A stretch of 64,000 nucleotides of DNA from Octopus sinensis (taxonomy: Eukaryota), in assembly GCF_006345805.1 (NCBI RefSeq), contig NW_021833914.1:21120-85119 (forward strand), given 5' to 3'. The position numbers and the translations under genes were made by a program. Shown here one piece after another: positions 49,411 to 63,084 of this stretch (the first letter of the stretch is position 1; each line of letters begins with the position of its first letter). A model generated the notes under the pieces. That model had not been told where the DNA came from. It searched no databases and saw only the letters and a program-made list of their open reading frames with translations.

Positions 49411-50328
49411 TTATTATGTTATTGCTATGTTAAAAAATGTTTTTCTAAATTTTACGTAAAAAAAAGTTTGATAACTTAGCAACAAATACTAAATATCTGG
49501 CTAAAAGATGTTGATCATAGTTTTTCATTTACTTAGGCAATACAATATTTTAGGAAATTAACTTAATCAGTCCCTCGTCTTTATGTCGGGAAGTACTCTG
49601 CTGTCTAATACCTTTCGAGTATTCACTAGAAGTCCTGAACAGACCGCATGCTGGATAACCAGTTATTGGGACAGAGTTGGACTACTAATGGTACTCACTT
49701 ACTACAAACATTTTTTTACCTTTAGTGATTTGAAGAATGTTTCTCAATAATGTGTATTATATACTGTCCACATGACTTTGCATTCCTAATTTGATCATTA
49801 ATCACCAAAGAAATTGTTTCCAGTGACAATAGAGACGGAGTTAATAAAAATCTTTCCACAAACAATATAAAAACTTATGTTGAAAAAATAGTAGCTGAAA
49901 CTAAATTTCCAATATTTAATATTTTATGAACTCGAATGTATGAATTAGATAATTTCCAAATCTGCTAACATACAATTTATTGTTTCAGTACTAAGTTCTA
50001 AAGACACTACATTGTTAAAAAGAACAAAAACTGATTAATAGTCATCTAAACAAGGCAAAATAACCACAAATTATCTTGAGCAAGAATTTATAAGAGGAAA
50101 GCTTAATTCAACTAGAAACTAAAATCCTAGAAATGAGAAATTTCTATTCCAAATTCAAAACACACTACTTGGAAATTATTACCGAACGTGGAATACTCAC
50201 CGGAGTTTTTTTATCTTTTCAATTATTTATACTCATCTAAAATAGCTCTTTCCCCCAAATCACGACTTGTAAGAAAAATAATATGCACAATAAACAACAA
50301 AAATCAAATATTTATTCAATCAAAGCAA

Positions 50329-51050
50329 TTATTCAACAGAATTAACAAGAAGACTTAACTCAGCAGAAGAATAACCCCACAACTGTCTTCAAATCACACA
50401 CAAATCTATAAACAAACCTCTTCAGTGACCTAACCCTAAAATAAAAGACCAACCTTAGCAAGCATATCCCCTTGATAGTAACAACGCAAAGCACGACTCA
50501 GTTTGCTATAAGTCATAGTTCCTCTGTTCTTCCTGACCCCCACAAATGAGCAACCACCTCAGGATTGACTATTTTGAACTCTCCCGTTGTCCCCCACCCA
50601 CCGAATGACCTCCAAACATCGATAGTCTGTCAGCATATCCAACAAAACTGCCACAACTGCACTCCTCTGTTCTGCCTCACTGAAACTACGTCCAACACTT
50701 TTACAGATCTCAATTCTGAGTTATTTATAAATAATAAAACCATGCTGAACTTCGACCAGCACTTCGACCGGCCCATTGTGGTTCACACAAAGAGAGGAGA
50801 CTGCCGATTTGTGTCATTCTTAGGTAATTAAAATTTTAGTACAATCAGGGCGTCTTGGACGTGGATAGAATAGTCTTTCAGGGAATGGACCAGTCTCACT
50901 TCGAAGGAGGATAGAATTGTATATATCGGACGGTCAATGTCCACCAAACATTGTATTGTTCTTTATTCTGTCTTTTTTTGGGAGAATTCGCAACCAGTTC
51001 TGAGCACTCCTCTGAGTTGTAATGTTTGGGTGGCTGACTTTGTAAATTGA
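50329..51050 (-). CDS. GABPA: GABPA/Ets97D-type ETS transcription factor (about 5 apparent frameshifts; 5' end uncertain)
   Basis: [61 protein letters not shown]-intron-V../[22 protein letters not shown] matches GABPA YYDGDM..KRFVYKFVCDLKTLIGYSAAEL. Confidence 0.85.
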
Positions 51051-51324
51051 TAAACACCACAAGATTAAATAATTAAAATAAATAAATTTAATTTTTAAAT
51101 AATTTAATAACTTTAATATTAGATAATAATTGAAAAAATTAAAAAACTTGATTTTTTAAATTTAATATTTTCATGTTATAATAACAAAATACATGATCGT
51201 TTAAATAATAATTTCCTATTAATATAAATGTAATTTTTAAATTATTTAATTAAATTAATAATACAAATATTACTTAATTTAAATAATTATAATTACAATA
51301 AAATTAATAAATAATAAATAATAG

Positions 51325-51846
51325 TTTTGATTCTTATGAGGCCACCGACCAAGAAGAAATAGCGATTTTTATGCTTTACCGACGGTTTATATAAATTTAA
51401 CTCTCCTAACAAACATAGACTTTGAAGACGCCGAAACAATCTTAATTTCAGAAGTAAGGATCCTCTTACAACATCGGTATGACTTGTCTTTATACTCCTT
51501 CAGTGAAGATGCCAATACCAGACGACGATGCTCTCGAGATCTCCGAAGTCTTCCGATCTACACTCGATTACTGCAATTTATTCAGTCGCTTCAAGACAAA
51601 GGACAGTCAGTGCTGTCCGCAGGTTATCGGGATCTCTGAATGAGTAGCGCCTTGGGAAAACCTGAATTGCATAAATTCGAGCGAGCTCAGTTGGCTAATT
51701 TGGCCCCTTCTACCGTCTCTCAGGCCAAAGCGTTGATTCCGAGGTTTCTGTGTTTTTGATATGTCAGTCTTTCTGATAAATTATCTGACGAGAGTATTGC
51801 TTCTATCATTGACGATGTTCATTCCAAGACTAAATTCCAACTTTAA
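51325..51846 (+). CDS. POLR2D: RNA polymerase II subunit RPB4 (with apparent frameshifts)
   Basis: DFEDAETILISEVRILLQHR..EISEVFRSTLDYCNLFSRFK..LHKFERAQLANLAPSTVSQAKALIPSL..IIDDVHSKTKFQL*; four introns of 24-34 nt. Confidence 0.92.
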
Positions 51847-52291
51847 ATTACTTTTTTCGTTTTTTAAATTTAAATTCTTAAAGTTGTGGTCTTGGATTCG
51901 AACCCAGGAAAGCTTTGTTATTTGGCCCACCGGTTCTTCCATCTGTCGTTTGTGTACTGTCTGTAGTTGCATAACTTTTTATACGCCTATTCGCAATTGT
52001 CTTTATGGGTAATTCCTACCTTACATAGTATTCTGATAACACATCAATTTATTGCTAGTGTTAAAGGTATATAATTATATGTAGTTACTCCCAATCAGTG
52101 GCATTGGCTCTCCAGTTGTATATCGCTTTTTATTAGTCTACTTAGTCATTCTATTCCATAATAATCTGATTACCTGCCTATCCCATGAACCAATAAGTCT
52201 AATAAACTAAAACCAGTATTCACTTAGTACAAACAAGCCTATTTCCTCAATACTTATTCACATAACTCATATCGTATAGGTACATGCAAAG

Positions 52292-53200
52292 TTAATAAAT
52301 TTTAATAAACTCCTTTCCCCAAGAACACCTGAGAGGAAAGCCACCAATGGAAGTGAATGTGCAGAATGATAGCCTGAACACTCTCCTTCCGATCAAATCT
52401 GCCATCAAAACACAAATACAACTGAATAAAAGCATATCCTTTTGGACAAACTCTAATTGTAAGAATCTGCCAAAATGGGAAAAAACAGCTCTAAGCGTGT
52501 CTTCCGAAACAAGTCCAGGAGGCAGTCCCCCCACATAGACAGTCGAATTAGTCTGAGTTGTCTGAGCTGATATTTGGTCTATAAGAACGGTCCTTTGTGG
52601 GACACACTTTCCGTGAGGCCCAATTAGTCCTAATTGGCCGACTCCCAAGCCACTGAGAATTCATTTGGAGAATAGCACGGGAAGCATCCTCTTCGTGATG
52701 AAGGAGATGAACCCATATCCCTTCGAAACTTTGTGACTGGATCAACCACGACCTTGCAGTCCCTGCCATGTCACACCTCCATTACGATATCTCCCCGAAC
52801 TGAGCAAATGCCCTACGGAGTGCTTCGTTGTCGATATCTGGACTGATATCCCCCACGAATATGTGAAAGTGTTCTGTGGGTGAAGATATTTCATTACTGC
52901 TTGTGTCTTGCTTGTTTGGAACTGCTGCCCATTTTTATTCGTATTTTCTTGCCGTATAATTCAATGTTGCTTAATTGGGCCATCACATATTCTCCGTCTT
53001 CTCGACTGCAGAATTCGACAAAGCAATATGGGTCGTCTGATACTTCTCGAATCAATTTGCAGACACACAATTCACATCAAACGAGTAATCAGCATTATTA
53101 TTAAGTTTCGTCAATACAGCCAGGTAGGTTCCCAAAGTACCTAATTTTTAATCACAAGACTAACAGAGTCCCGCTGCCATCTCCGGTGTTTATTGCACTC
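52292..53200 (-). CDS. TIAL1: TIA-1/TIAR three-RRM RNA-binding protein (with apparent frameshifts)
   Basis: TLYFGNL, DPYCFVEF, EHFHIFVGDISPDI, MNSQWLGSRPIRTNWASRK, NSTVYVGG, RCSWGKE. Confidence 0.88.
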
Positions 53201-53589
53201 ACACAACACTCTATGTTTATTATTTATATTATATTATTATATTGCTAATTAGTAGTCCTTTAATATAGTGTTTTTATTATTTATTTTATTTTTTGTTTAG
53301 TATTGTTTTTTTTATATTTGTTGATTTTTTAAGTTGTCTGATAAATTATGATTTTCATTTCTTGTCATTTCATATTATGTGCTTATATACTTAAATTTAT
53401 TAGATTTTCGAATCATTGCTATAACTTTAAAAAGTGGAATAGAGAAGAAACTTTTTCAGAAAGTGTTTTTTGAATGTTTCGTTTTTAATTTCTTTCATTC
53501 AAATCTAAAACCTAACTTTCCTCAGGTTAAACTAAGCGATTGAAAATAAAGGTCTATTGACCCTCATTAATTTAAATTTTAATATTCAT

Positions 53590-54309
53590 TTGATTTTAAT
53601 ATATCGATATAAGCACAACAGGCCGGGCTGAAGTACAGAAATCCCTTTTCTGTGTAAAATTATTAATTCAATTTAATTATCCCAAAATAATTGTTTAGAA
53701 AGACAGGATTAATATGTGCAATGTTTTTGCCCTCTTGTTTATGTTTGTTTACATTTCCTATATTTTACAGACCTCTTCTGAGAATGTACAAAAACGCGTT
53801 TATTTAATCATTTTATTATATTTTTTTCCTCGTTGTCTTTTGTCAGATAAGTTACTTCCTTGTCGCATTGAATGCATGATTGTTGTATATTAGCACTCAC
53901 TGAATGACTGTGCTGTACTGACTGCCAATATCATTAGAAGCAACTTTTCCTGCCACGAATGGAAGATTTATTCGCTTTTGCATTCTCTAACTTGTTTCTT
54001 CTTGTAGGTCGGGAAACATTTTGAGTATCCGACTGTAAGAATGAATTCATTTTTTCCTATAAAACTATAAACGTGAGTACTTTGGTTAACGATAAATGAC
54101 TGAGCAGCGCTTCATTCTCTTCTCTTCCTTAATTCTTCAATCCTCGATTTGTCTATTTGGTGGTTGGTGGGTGATGACTGAAATAGTGAGTCCACGGAGA
54201 GTTGTTTAAATTTTTCCCTAAGTTCTCTCAAACAGTCAAAATGTCTACAATGGTCACGTATAATCCACCTTGTTCTTCTTTTGATAGCATACTCATTGCT
54301 TGGTAACAA
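53590..54309 (-). CDS. possible multi-exon coiled-coil gene, product unknown
   Basis: Clean 24-nt intron gtactcacgtttatagttttatag (54057-54080) between ..ENEALLSHLSLTK and EKMNSFLQSD..; needs a frameshift. Confidence 0.3.
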
Positions 54310-55369
54310 TTTAATTATAACAATGCACCTCGATTGTTGTCCAGCACAACAAACCCGATAATAACAATTATAAGATAAAAATTATAAATGATTTTGTAAA
54401 GCTCTCCTGCATAGCTGTTTGGATTTCCCGCATTTCTGCTTAGTTGTCACAGACTCGACAGGAATATTAAAAAAATAACAATTCATACGCCGATCAAGTC
54501 TTTAAACATTCATCTGTAGAGTTGCTTTTTATTAGACGTTGGATGTTTAATAAAATAAATATGCACATTAATTTTTGGCTGATAATAAGCGAATTAAAAA
54601 GTTATAATTTGACTATTTTAATTTGGTCGGAATTAAATCTATTTATACAGACCAAAGGGGGCTTATGCGAACTTCTTTTGAAGACACTGATTGTTTCAGT
54701 ATCAGAATGGGTGTTAGATAAGGCTGTATTTTATCTCCCATTTTGTTTAATATTTGCATGAAAATAATATGCGGAATCATAATCGGTGACCTAAACATAA
54801 TTAATCTTCGAAATGAGGACGATACCAAGTTTTTCTTTCAGAAACAAAGATGGATTGAGGCAGTTAATAGTGTATGTAAAGAAAAGTCCACATTTGGTCT
54901 TTTCCTAAATGTGGAAAAACCAAATAATTGCAACTTGACTATCTAAAAAATAAGAATTGTTGTTTTATAACGAGGAAATAGAATTTTCTGAAAGCAGTAT
55001 CTTTCTGTTTACTCTGATAATTAGAGATGGTGGTTTTGTCTCAAAATCAATAGAGCATAGCCTTGTGCAGAAGTACGATAATAAAACTGAATCGAATCTG
55101 GAATAGCATGATATACATACCGGTCATATGTTTTAGACATTCTGAAAAATCCCAGTGTTTGATTTTTCTAAAGAAAAATCTTATTAAAAAATGCTTTTCA
55201 TTAAGCATTATCCATTTTTTTTTAGTTATTTATTTTTTCCCAATCTCATCGTCACTGTATTTTCGACATCTTGATCTTTTTATGTTTAGACATTTACGAT
55301 GCACATGCATAATCTGAATTTTTAAAAGTTAAAACGAGTTTTTATTAATTAAACACAAGTTAGTATTTA

Positions 55370-55800
55370 GTTACATCTCCTTTTTTTCGATATTACATCA
55401 TGTATTCTATTTGGGATCGACAAATACAAGTTTTGAATAATCATCTCCCATCTTGTTCCATTCATCTTTTGCCATCTCCCATAGTTGCTTAATGTTCTGA
55501 GGTTTCTATTTCTGATTTTGCTCTTTAAATAATGCCAGCAATTTCTATTATGTTAAGATCTGGCGATTGTGCAGGCCAATTGTTTAAAATATTCACTCCT
55601 TTTTCAAGCAAATAATTTTTTGTAGACCGTGAAGTATGACATGAACGCACACCTTGTTTGGAAATAAAGTTATCATCATATATCTCAGAAAGCCCTTGTT
55701 CCAAGATTCGTTGATATTCTACGGATCTACATTTCCTTCGCACAATATCAAGGCACTTTTTCCATCGTATGTCCAAAGACGAAGATAAGACTTTTCAACG
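55370..55800 (-). mobile_element. Tc1 transposase 3' remnant
   Basis: YQRILE..CHTSRSTKNYL..WPAQSPDLNIIE. Confidence 0.85.
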
Positions 55801-55919
55801 CGTTTGTGTTACCAGTCTTCCTCTATGGTTATGAATCGTAGGTTTGGCATAGAAAATAAAATATCGCTATCTGCGTTTATTATTAATATTATTAAGAGCA
55901 CTTTCGAGAAAGCATAAAG

Positions 55920-56290
55920 TTAATTAAGTCTCCCTTGTGCCGTGTTCTGTAACATCTCTCTCCGTTAATCTCGATCAGAATTTTATGTTGCGCGCGATAT
56001 CTTTGAGGTTGTCCAAATCGTCCACCGACTTCAGTCGCAGACCAACCGTCGAGAGATCCCCCTTAGGATGGTCGGAAGCGTCGTTCTTGGTCTACCACGG
56101 AATCCGGACTCCGTCTGCGCAAAGAAATAATCTATTGCAATCTTCGCTGGAACCAGGTCCTTTAAACGTAAAACTGGCCAAAAAAACTCCATCTCGATCT
56201 GAAAATATCATCTGACGAGACACCGGATTTGCATTTATTATAAAGTTTTTCATTGCTGAAGCTTAGCTAAGGATAATGGATTAACAGTCG
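55920..56290 (-). mobile_element. RTE-clade LINE 3' end
   Basis: ..SNEKLYNKC..RWSFFG..PAKIAIDYFF..FRGRPRTTLPTIL. Confidence 0.7.
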
Positions 56291-57210
56291 TGGTTTGTAT
56301 CCGAAGAAGACTAGTTTCCAGCTTGGGTCAATTCTCGTTCCCCTGTCTGTGAGGCAACGAGTACTTCTGGCAAGACACAGTCGAAAATAAAGATCCTCAC
56401 CTTCCTTCCGGTCTTGACATGGCGTTATGGGGTCCATGTCAATTGGAACTTCCAATCGGATATGCAAACGCTAGGAGGCACTTAATGTCTACAGAAAAAG
56501 GACTTCTATAACTCTGATTCTGGGACATCGTCGTCTCAGTCCGATCATTGTGGGCAGGATCGAACCTTTCAGAAGGATCTCCCTCGCTTGAATCGGGGAT
56601 CACGGGGGATTATAATTAACTGGCTTACCCAGGGCAATAAAGTATTTAAAAAAAGTATTAGCCTTGCTATGGGCGCATTTAAAAAATATCGGCTATATGG
56701 AATATGGCTTAACTTAACTATATGGAACCATTAAAAATCGGATTAAATACCAGGCTCAACATATATAAGGCTTTTGTTATCCCGGATCTTACTTATAACT
56801 CATGGGGAATCTCTAACACAATATGGACCGTCTTGATTCTTTACACAGCTAAAATCTGCGTTTACTGGAAAGAAAAAACAAAGACAACCAAAATGTAATT
56901 TTTACATCAAAAATCGTTAAATACCAAATGGATACCTCCATACGCACCTCAATTGTTGTGCAGCACAACAAACCCGATATTGTGGTCCAAGATAAACTCA
57001 CCATAATATTGTTATCGTAGAAGTGCACACACGTACCTAGCCCGTTTGCAAACAGTGAAAGAGAACTAAGAAAAAAATATAAACTTTTTGCAAACGAGCT
57101 AGAACTTATGCACCACTGCAAAGCCATGTCATCTTAATAATAAAATGGTATGGTGTGTCTGTCTGTCTGTCTGTCTGTCTGTGTGTGCACACCAACTTCA
57201 ATTGGCAATA

Positions 57211-59139
57211 CGATGTCCTCGACTTACATGATGAGGTCCTTAAAACCTTCCCCCCCAAAAAATTAAAAAAAAATTTTCTGCATTTTGGTTAAAATGAACA
57301 ACTATACAATGTCCTCGACTTACATGATGAAGTCCTTAAAACCTTCCCCCCCAAAAAATTAAAAAAAATTTTCTGCATTTTGGTTAAAATGAACAACTAC
57401 AATGTCCTCGACTTACATGATGAAGTCCTTAAAACCTTCCCCCCCAAAAAAATTAAAAAAAATTTTCTGCATTTTGGTTAAAATGAACACTACAATGTCC
57501 TCGACTTACATGATGAAGTCCTTAAAACCTTCCCCCCCAAAAAATTAAAAAAAATTTCTCTGCATTTTGGTTAAAATGAACAACTACAATGTCCTCGACT
57601 TACATGATGAAGTCCTTAAAACCTTCCCCCCCAAAAAAATTAAAAAAAAATTTTCTGCATTTTGGTTAAAATGAACAACTACATTGTCCTCGACTTACAT
57701 GATGAAGTCCTTAAAACCTTCCCCCCCAAAAAAATTAAAAAAAATTTTCTGCATTTTGGTTAAAATGAACAACTACAATGTCCTTCGACTACATGATGAA
57801 GTCCTTAAAACCTTCCCCCCCAAAAAAATTAAAAAAAATTTTCTGCATTTTGGTTAAAATGAACAACTACAATGTCCTCGACTTACATGATGAAGTCCTT
57901 AAAACCTTCCCCCCCAAAAAATTAAAAAAAAATTTTCTGCATTTTGGTTAAAATGAACAACTACAATGTCCTCGACTTACATGATGAAGTCCTTAAAACC
58001 TTCCCCCTCAAAAAATTAAAAAAAAATTTTCTGCTGTTTTTTGTTAAAATGAACAACTACAATGTTTCTCGACTTACATGAGAAGTCCTTAAAACCTTCC
58101 CCCCCAAAAAAATTAAAAAAAATTTTCTGCATTTTGGTAAAATGAACAACTACAATGTTTTCGACTTACATGATGAAGTCCTTAAAACCTTCCCCGCAAA
58201 AAAATTAAAAAAAAATTTCTGTATTTTGTTAAAATGAACAACTACGATGTCCTCGACTTACATGATGAAGTCCTTAAAACCTTCCCCCCCAAAAAAAATT
58301 AAAAAAAAATTTTTCTCTGCATTTTGGTTAAAATGAACAACTACGATGTCCTCGACTTACATGATGAGGTCCTTAAAACTTCCCCCCCAAAAAATTAAAA
58401 AAAAATTTTCTGCATTTTGGTTAAAATGAACAACTACAATGTCCTCGACTTACATGATGAGTCCTTAAAACCTTCCCCCCAAAAAAAATTAAAAAAAAAT
58501 TTTCTGCATTTTGGTTAAAATGAACAACTACAATGTTTTCGACTTACATGATGAAGTCCTTAAAAAACTTCCCCGCAAAAAAAATTAAAAAAAAATTTCT
58601 GTATTTTGGTTAAAATGAACAACTACGATGTCCTCGACTTACATGATGAAGTCCTTAAAACCTTCCCCCCCAAAAAAATTAAAAAAAAATTTTCTGCATT
58701 TTGGTTAAAATGAACAACTACGATGTCCTCGACTTACATGATGAGGTCCTTAAAACCTTCCCCCCACAAAAAAATTAAAAAAATTTTCTGCATTTTGGTT
58801 AAAATGAACAACTACAATGTCCTCGACTTACATGATGAAGTCTTAAAAAACCTTCCCCCCCAAAAATATTAAAAAAAAATTCTGCATTTTGGTTAAAATG
58901 AACAACTACAATGTCCTCGACTTACATGATGAAGTCCTTAAAACCTTCCCCCCAAAAAAAAATTAAAAAAAAATTCTGCATTTTGGTTAAAATGAACAAC
59001 TACGATGTCCTCGACTTACATGATGAAGTCCTTAAAACCTTCCCCCCAAAAAAAATTAAAAAAAAGTTTTCTGCATTTTGGTTAAAATGAACAACTACGA
59101 TGTCCTCGACTTATACATGATGAGGTCCTAAAAACCTTC
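57211..59139. repeat. ~94-bp tandem array, about 20.5 copies, inside the Helitron
   Basis: Unit caatgtcctcgacttacatgatgaagtccttaaaaccttc6-7a6-8ttaaaaaaaattttctgcattttggttaaaatgaacaacta, head to tail with no spacers. Confidence 0.97.
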
Positions 59140-59944
59140 GAGGCAAAAATCTCACGTATTAAGAATATCCTTGATGAAAACGACAGCGAGAATATAACAA
59201 TGATGAACTCCCAATTATTCGCGATAAAGAAATTCAATTCATCCTATGATTTTCTCTTTAAATTAAATGCATATATCATTATCGACCATGAATCAAAATT
59301 AAAGCTATTATCATATTTGACTTTGACAGGATGTGCATTACAGATTGCACGACCTTGAATAGAGTGTGCAATTAACAGATTTTGAAAAACACTTTGATAG
59401 TTAAAACCACATTAGCACAATCATTACACAATTTACCACCAATTGACAGCGCAATCAGAAATTTTGCGTAAAAATATTAACTATTAAGTTAAGTTTTTCG
59501 TATAGATAGAATTTATTTTCGGTATGCCTCTTTTCCTAAACTTTTTTATTATTCAAAAATAATTTTTTAAATAGATAACCGAAGGAGGAAAAACGAAGCT
59601 GAAGAAAAAACGGTCTGCTTAAGGTAATTAATTAAATCTTTTTTGTGTCGCTTTTCTGCTTCTACTCTGCCTGCCGCATCTCCGGCTGCCCCATTTCCGC
59701 CAGTGGTTTGTCTAATCAAGGTCACTAAGCTAAATCTCCGGACTATAAAGGCTCTTAAGCATTATCTTAATTGGCTGTTAAAAAATTAGACTGGTTGTTG
59801 CCGTGGCGGCAGAGATTTTTTTTGTTTATACTATTTTACAATTTTTAAATTTTAAAGTTTTTTTTTTTTTTTTTTATTTTTTTGTTTTTAAATTATTTAT
59901 TTTTATTTTTTTTCTTTATTTTTTGTTATTTTCTAAAAATTCAA

Positions 59945-60419
59945 CCGGATTGAATTTTTAAACTCCTTAGATCCCTCTGGAATGCCGAATCATCTTTTAA
60001 AGTTAAAGATAGGCGTTCCAGTGGTTTTATTACGAAATCTTGCGCCACCTAAATTATGCAACGGAACGAGGTTAGTTATCAAAAATTTGATGGCTAACGT
60101 AATAGAGGCTACGATATTAACAGGTAAGTATAGAGGTAAGGATGTTTATATTCCACGAATTCCGATAATTTCTGATGAATTACCATTTAGATTTAAAAGG
60201 CTGCAATTTCCTTTGAGGATGAGTTTTGCAATGACAATAAACAAGGCCCAGGGACAGTCATTAAAGGTAGTTGGGTTATTTTTAGAGAGTGAGTGCTTTT
60301 CACATGGACAGCTGTATGTGGGATGCTCGAGGGTAGGCAGAAGAGAAAATTTATTCATATATGCCAAGGAAGGACGACAAACATCGTTTATCAACAGCGA
60401 TAGAATAGGGTTACATTAA
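59945..60419 (+). pseudogene. Helitron PIF1-like helicase C-terminal fragment
   Basis: [67 protein letters not shown]. Confidence 0.93.
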
Positions 60420-60664
60420 CCAGGTAGTTTTATACATCTACATAAACTTATAGTTGTTTGATGAAACAGGCCCTCCGCAGGAGCTAGGTCGCGGTGAGCG
60501 AAGCGAGCTGCCGAGCTAGTTTGTATAATAACATAAAATAAACTGGTGACCAAATACCACCAACGGTGTAGATAAGTCTCTACAGGCTTATATACAGTCA
60601 ATTTTTCATAAAAGGACTCTGACCAGTATTTTAGGCCCAAAACCGAGGTTATTATGTTCATAAA

Positions 60665-61050
60665 GATCTATCTGGGACGCCACCTGTTCCGACACTTTCT
60701 CCGCCAAAATCTAATTGTCTCCGCTGCGGAACCGGGCTCAGTTACAAAGCAGGCGGAACTAACAAAACAGAAGAAGTATCGGGTCCTGGCAATGAATCAC
60801 CTATTCACTGCAGTCGCGGTGGAAACCTCTAGAGTCATCGGCCCGCAGACGCTATCGTTTCTTTCTTCCCCGCCGCCTTGGATCTAAGCTCGTGGTTGCC
60901 ACGAAGATCCCAACGAGTCGATCAGACTCTTTCAAAGGATCTCATTGGCCATCATGTGCGGGAATTGCCAGTCGATCCGCTGCGCATTTTAACTCTTTTC
61001 GATTGGTTATATTGTTCCATTAAAAAAATACTCAAAGAAAAAAAAATTGA
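60665..61050 (+). mobile_element. CRE 3' fragment
   Basis: WDATC.DTF, AELTKQKKY..AVETS, QRISLAIMCGN, A-rich tail. Confidence 0.8.
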
Positions 61051-62364
61051 AAAAAATATCAATAAGGATACATTGTGGTTTTATAACTACTACATCAGGC
61101 TGATTGAAATCAAATTATGAGAATTTGAAAATATTGCTCTGTGGTGCATAAAAGTAAGCAATTGCTCCTCCAATTTCTCAAGGACATTGAAATGAAGGAT
61201 ACAGTTGTTTGATAAGAGATGGAATTATGGAGGCCATGAAATTAAAGAAAACATATATGACTCCTATCAAGGAATTCCTATGTAGAAAGTACCAAACAGG
61301 GAATCCTGAAAAGACTCAAACTGAAGGTTTGAAAGATGTGAAAGAAAAGTATTTAATTGAGAAAAATTAATTTAAAAACAAAGAAAATTGTATAAATACG
61401 AATAATAAAGAAATAATAATGTTTTAGAAATTTCAAATATGTAAAAGAAACAGATTAAAGAATAAACTCAAAAAATATTCAAAAATGATGGAATTTCAGA
61501 TAAAATAATCATTAGAAGAAACAACATCACGAATATTCCTTCTGAATTCAATTACATTAAAAATAAGTACAGTTAAATAATGATACAGCACAACAAAGTA
61601 ATCAACTCATGCGAACACGTGTCTTATTTATTAGGTTTACCACCATCAAAATTATAATATTTTAAATAGTAGATAATCAGAATAAGATAGGAAAATATAA
61701 AATAAACAGTTGACCATTTTGCCACGAGATGTAGGAAATATGAAAAATGAAAAGGATAGGCCACCATAAGGCTATCTTGTACTTCACATACAGATAGATA
61801 ATGGCCAATCGGCCAAGATATCGGAATTGATTCCAGCAAACACAAATCATGGTGGTGCAAAGGAATTGTTTCTTAGTGGTCACACGCCAAAAAAGGTTAA
61901 AGAGAATGAATGGGACATCCCGCGAACTTTTCACTTCATACTTGGCTAAGTTTGAGAGAAGAAATGATACGTTTTTGTAATAAAGGCGGAAATCTTTTCA
62001 AAAAATTTTCATTGCTATAAACGAACAATATTCCTTTCAATATGCCATTTCAATTGTTTCTAGTGTTATTTTTTTTAACTTTTGTCATTAAAAATGTTTC
62101 TGTTTTTAGAGTTATGAAATTTAGGGTTGCCGCAGTAATATCATATTTTGTAAAATGTTAATAATTTATAAAAAGAATATAACAATAATAATTAAAATTC
62201 GGCAAAATACATCTTTTGAGACACTCCAAAAATATTATGAGTTTAGATTTCAACTTGAAAAAATTTAAGAAATAAAAAATTGAATAGTTATTTTAAAAAA
62301 ATGTTTTAAAATGAAAAAATTATCGATTAATCAAAATCAAATGAAAAAACAAAATAAAAATTTA

Positions 62365-62845
62365 TCAAACAAGAATCGGAATCTCTCTGCACCTCGGACT
62401 AAGGCAATGTGTCCCGCACAGGTGCCGTTGTGGCTGCACTGTTAAACCTTTCGGTCCTTTATTGTGCAGGAGGAGTGCCGGACGTTTTCCGAAGCACTCT
62501 GCTATTAACGACATCATACGGAGGGCCCTCGACTCGGCGGGATTTTCTTCGGTCCTCGAACCACCGGGTCTTGACCGCGGCGACGGGAAACGCACTGACG
62601 GATGAAACTTTTCCTCTTTTGAAAGGGGAAAAAGCCTCGTATGGGATCCACCTGCTGGGACACTTTTTTCTGCTTCACATTTAACTTTTTGTGCTCTGGA
62701 GGCTAAATCTGCAGCTAAGAAGGCTGAAATTTAAAGCTATCAAAATATTCTGCCCTTTCGGAGAAGTTTTTAGTAGTGCCGATAGCGGCGGAGACGTTAG
62801 GTGCTCTCGGTCCAAAGACTGAAAAGTTCCTTCGCAAGCTCGGAA
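62365..62845 (+). mobile_element. CRE endonuclease-region fragment
   Basis: [60 protein letters not shown]. Confidence 0.85.
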
Positions 62846-63084
62846 ATTTATCAACTATAGAGCAAAAAAGCACAACTTATTGTATTATCGGCATAAACAC
62901 TTTCTGGGGCACTGGTGTCCCACCCCGAGGTTAGACTGTATTATGTTTCGGTACTTGTAGATTTCATGCTGCACGAATAATGCTCTAACTTAATTTTGGA
63001 AAATTTTTTTGATTATTTGAACTAAAATTAAAAAAATGAACAATGCCGAATTTGTAAATTTATTATAAATTTTTTTAAGGAAAA

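Larger units (their letters stand above)
57132..60519 (+). mobile_element. non-autonomous Helitron with both termini
   Basis: A|TCTTAATAATAAAA.. followed by (TCTG)n; 3' imperfect hairpin gcggtgagcGAAgcgagctgc then CTAG|T; contains a PIF1 helicase C-terminus. Confidence 0.82.

Noticed and set aside
51880-51960. tRNA or SINE suggested by GGTTCGAATCC on the minus strand
   Set aside because: The T-stem has a mismatch and no acceptor stem, D-arm or A-box could be built.
57211-59139. CRISPR array, hammerhead retrozyme or box C/D snoRNA array (ATGATGA-GTCC motif)
   Set aside because: No unique spacers or cas genes; the core is ATGATGA, not CTGATGA, with no GGAC-GAAA partner; no box D CTGA.
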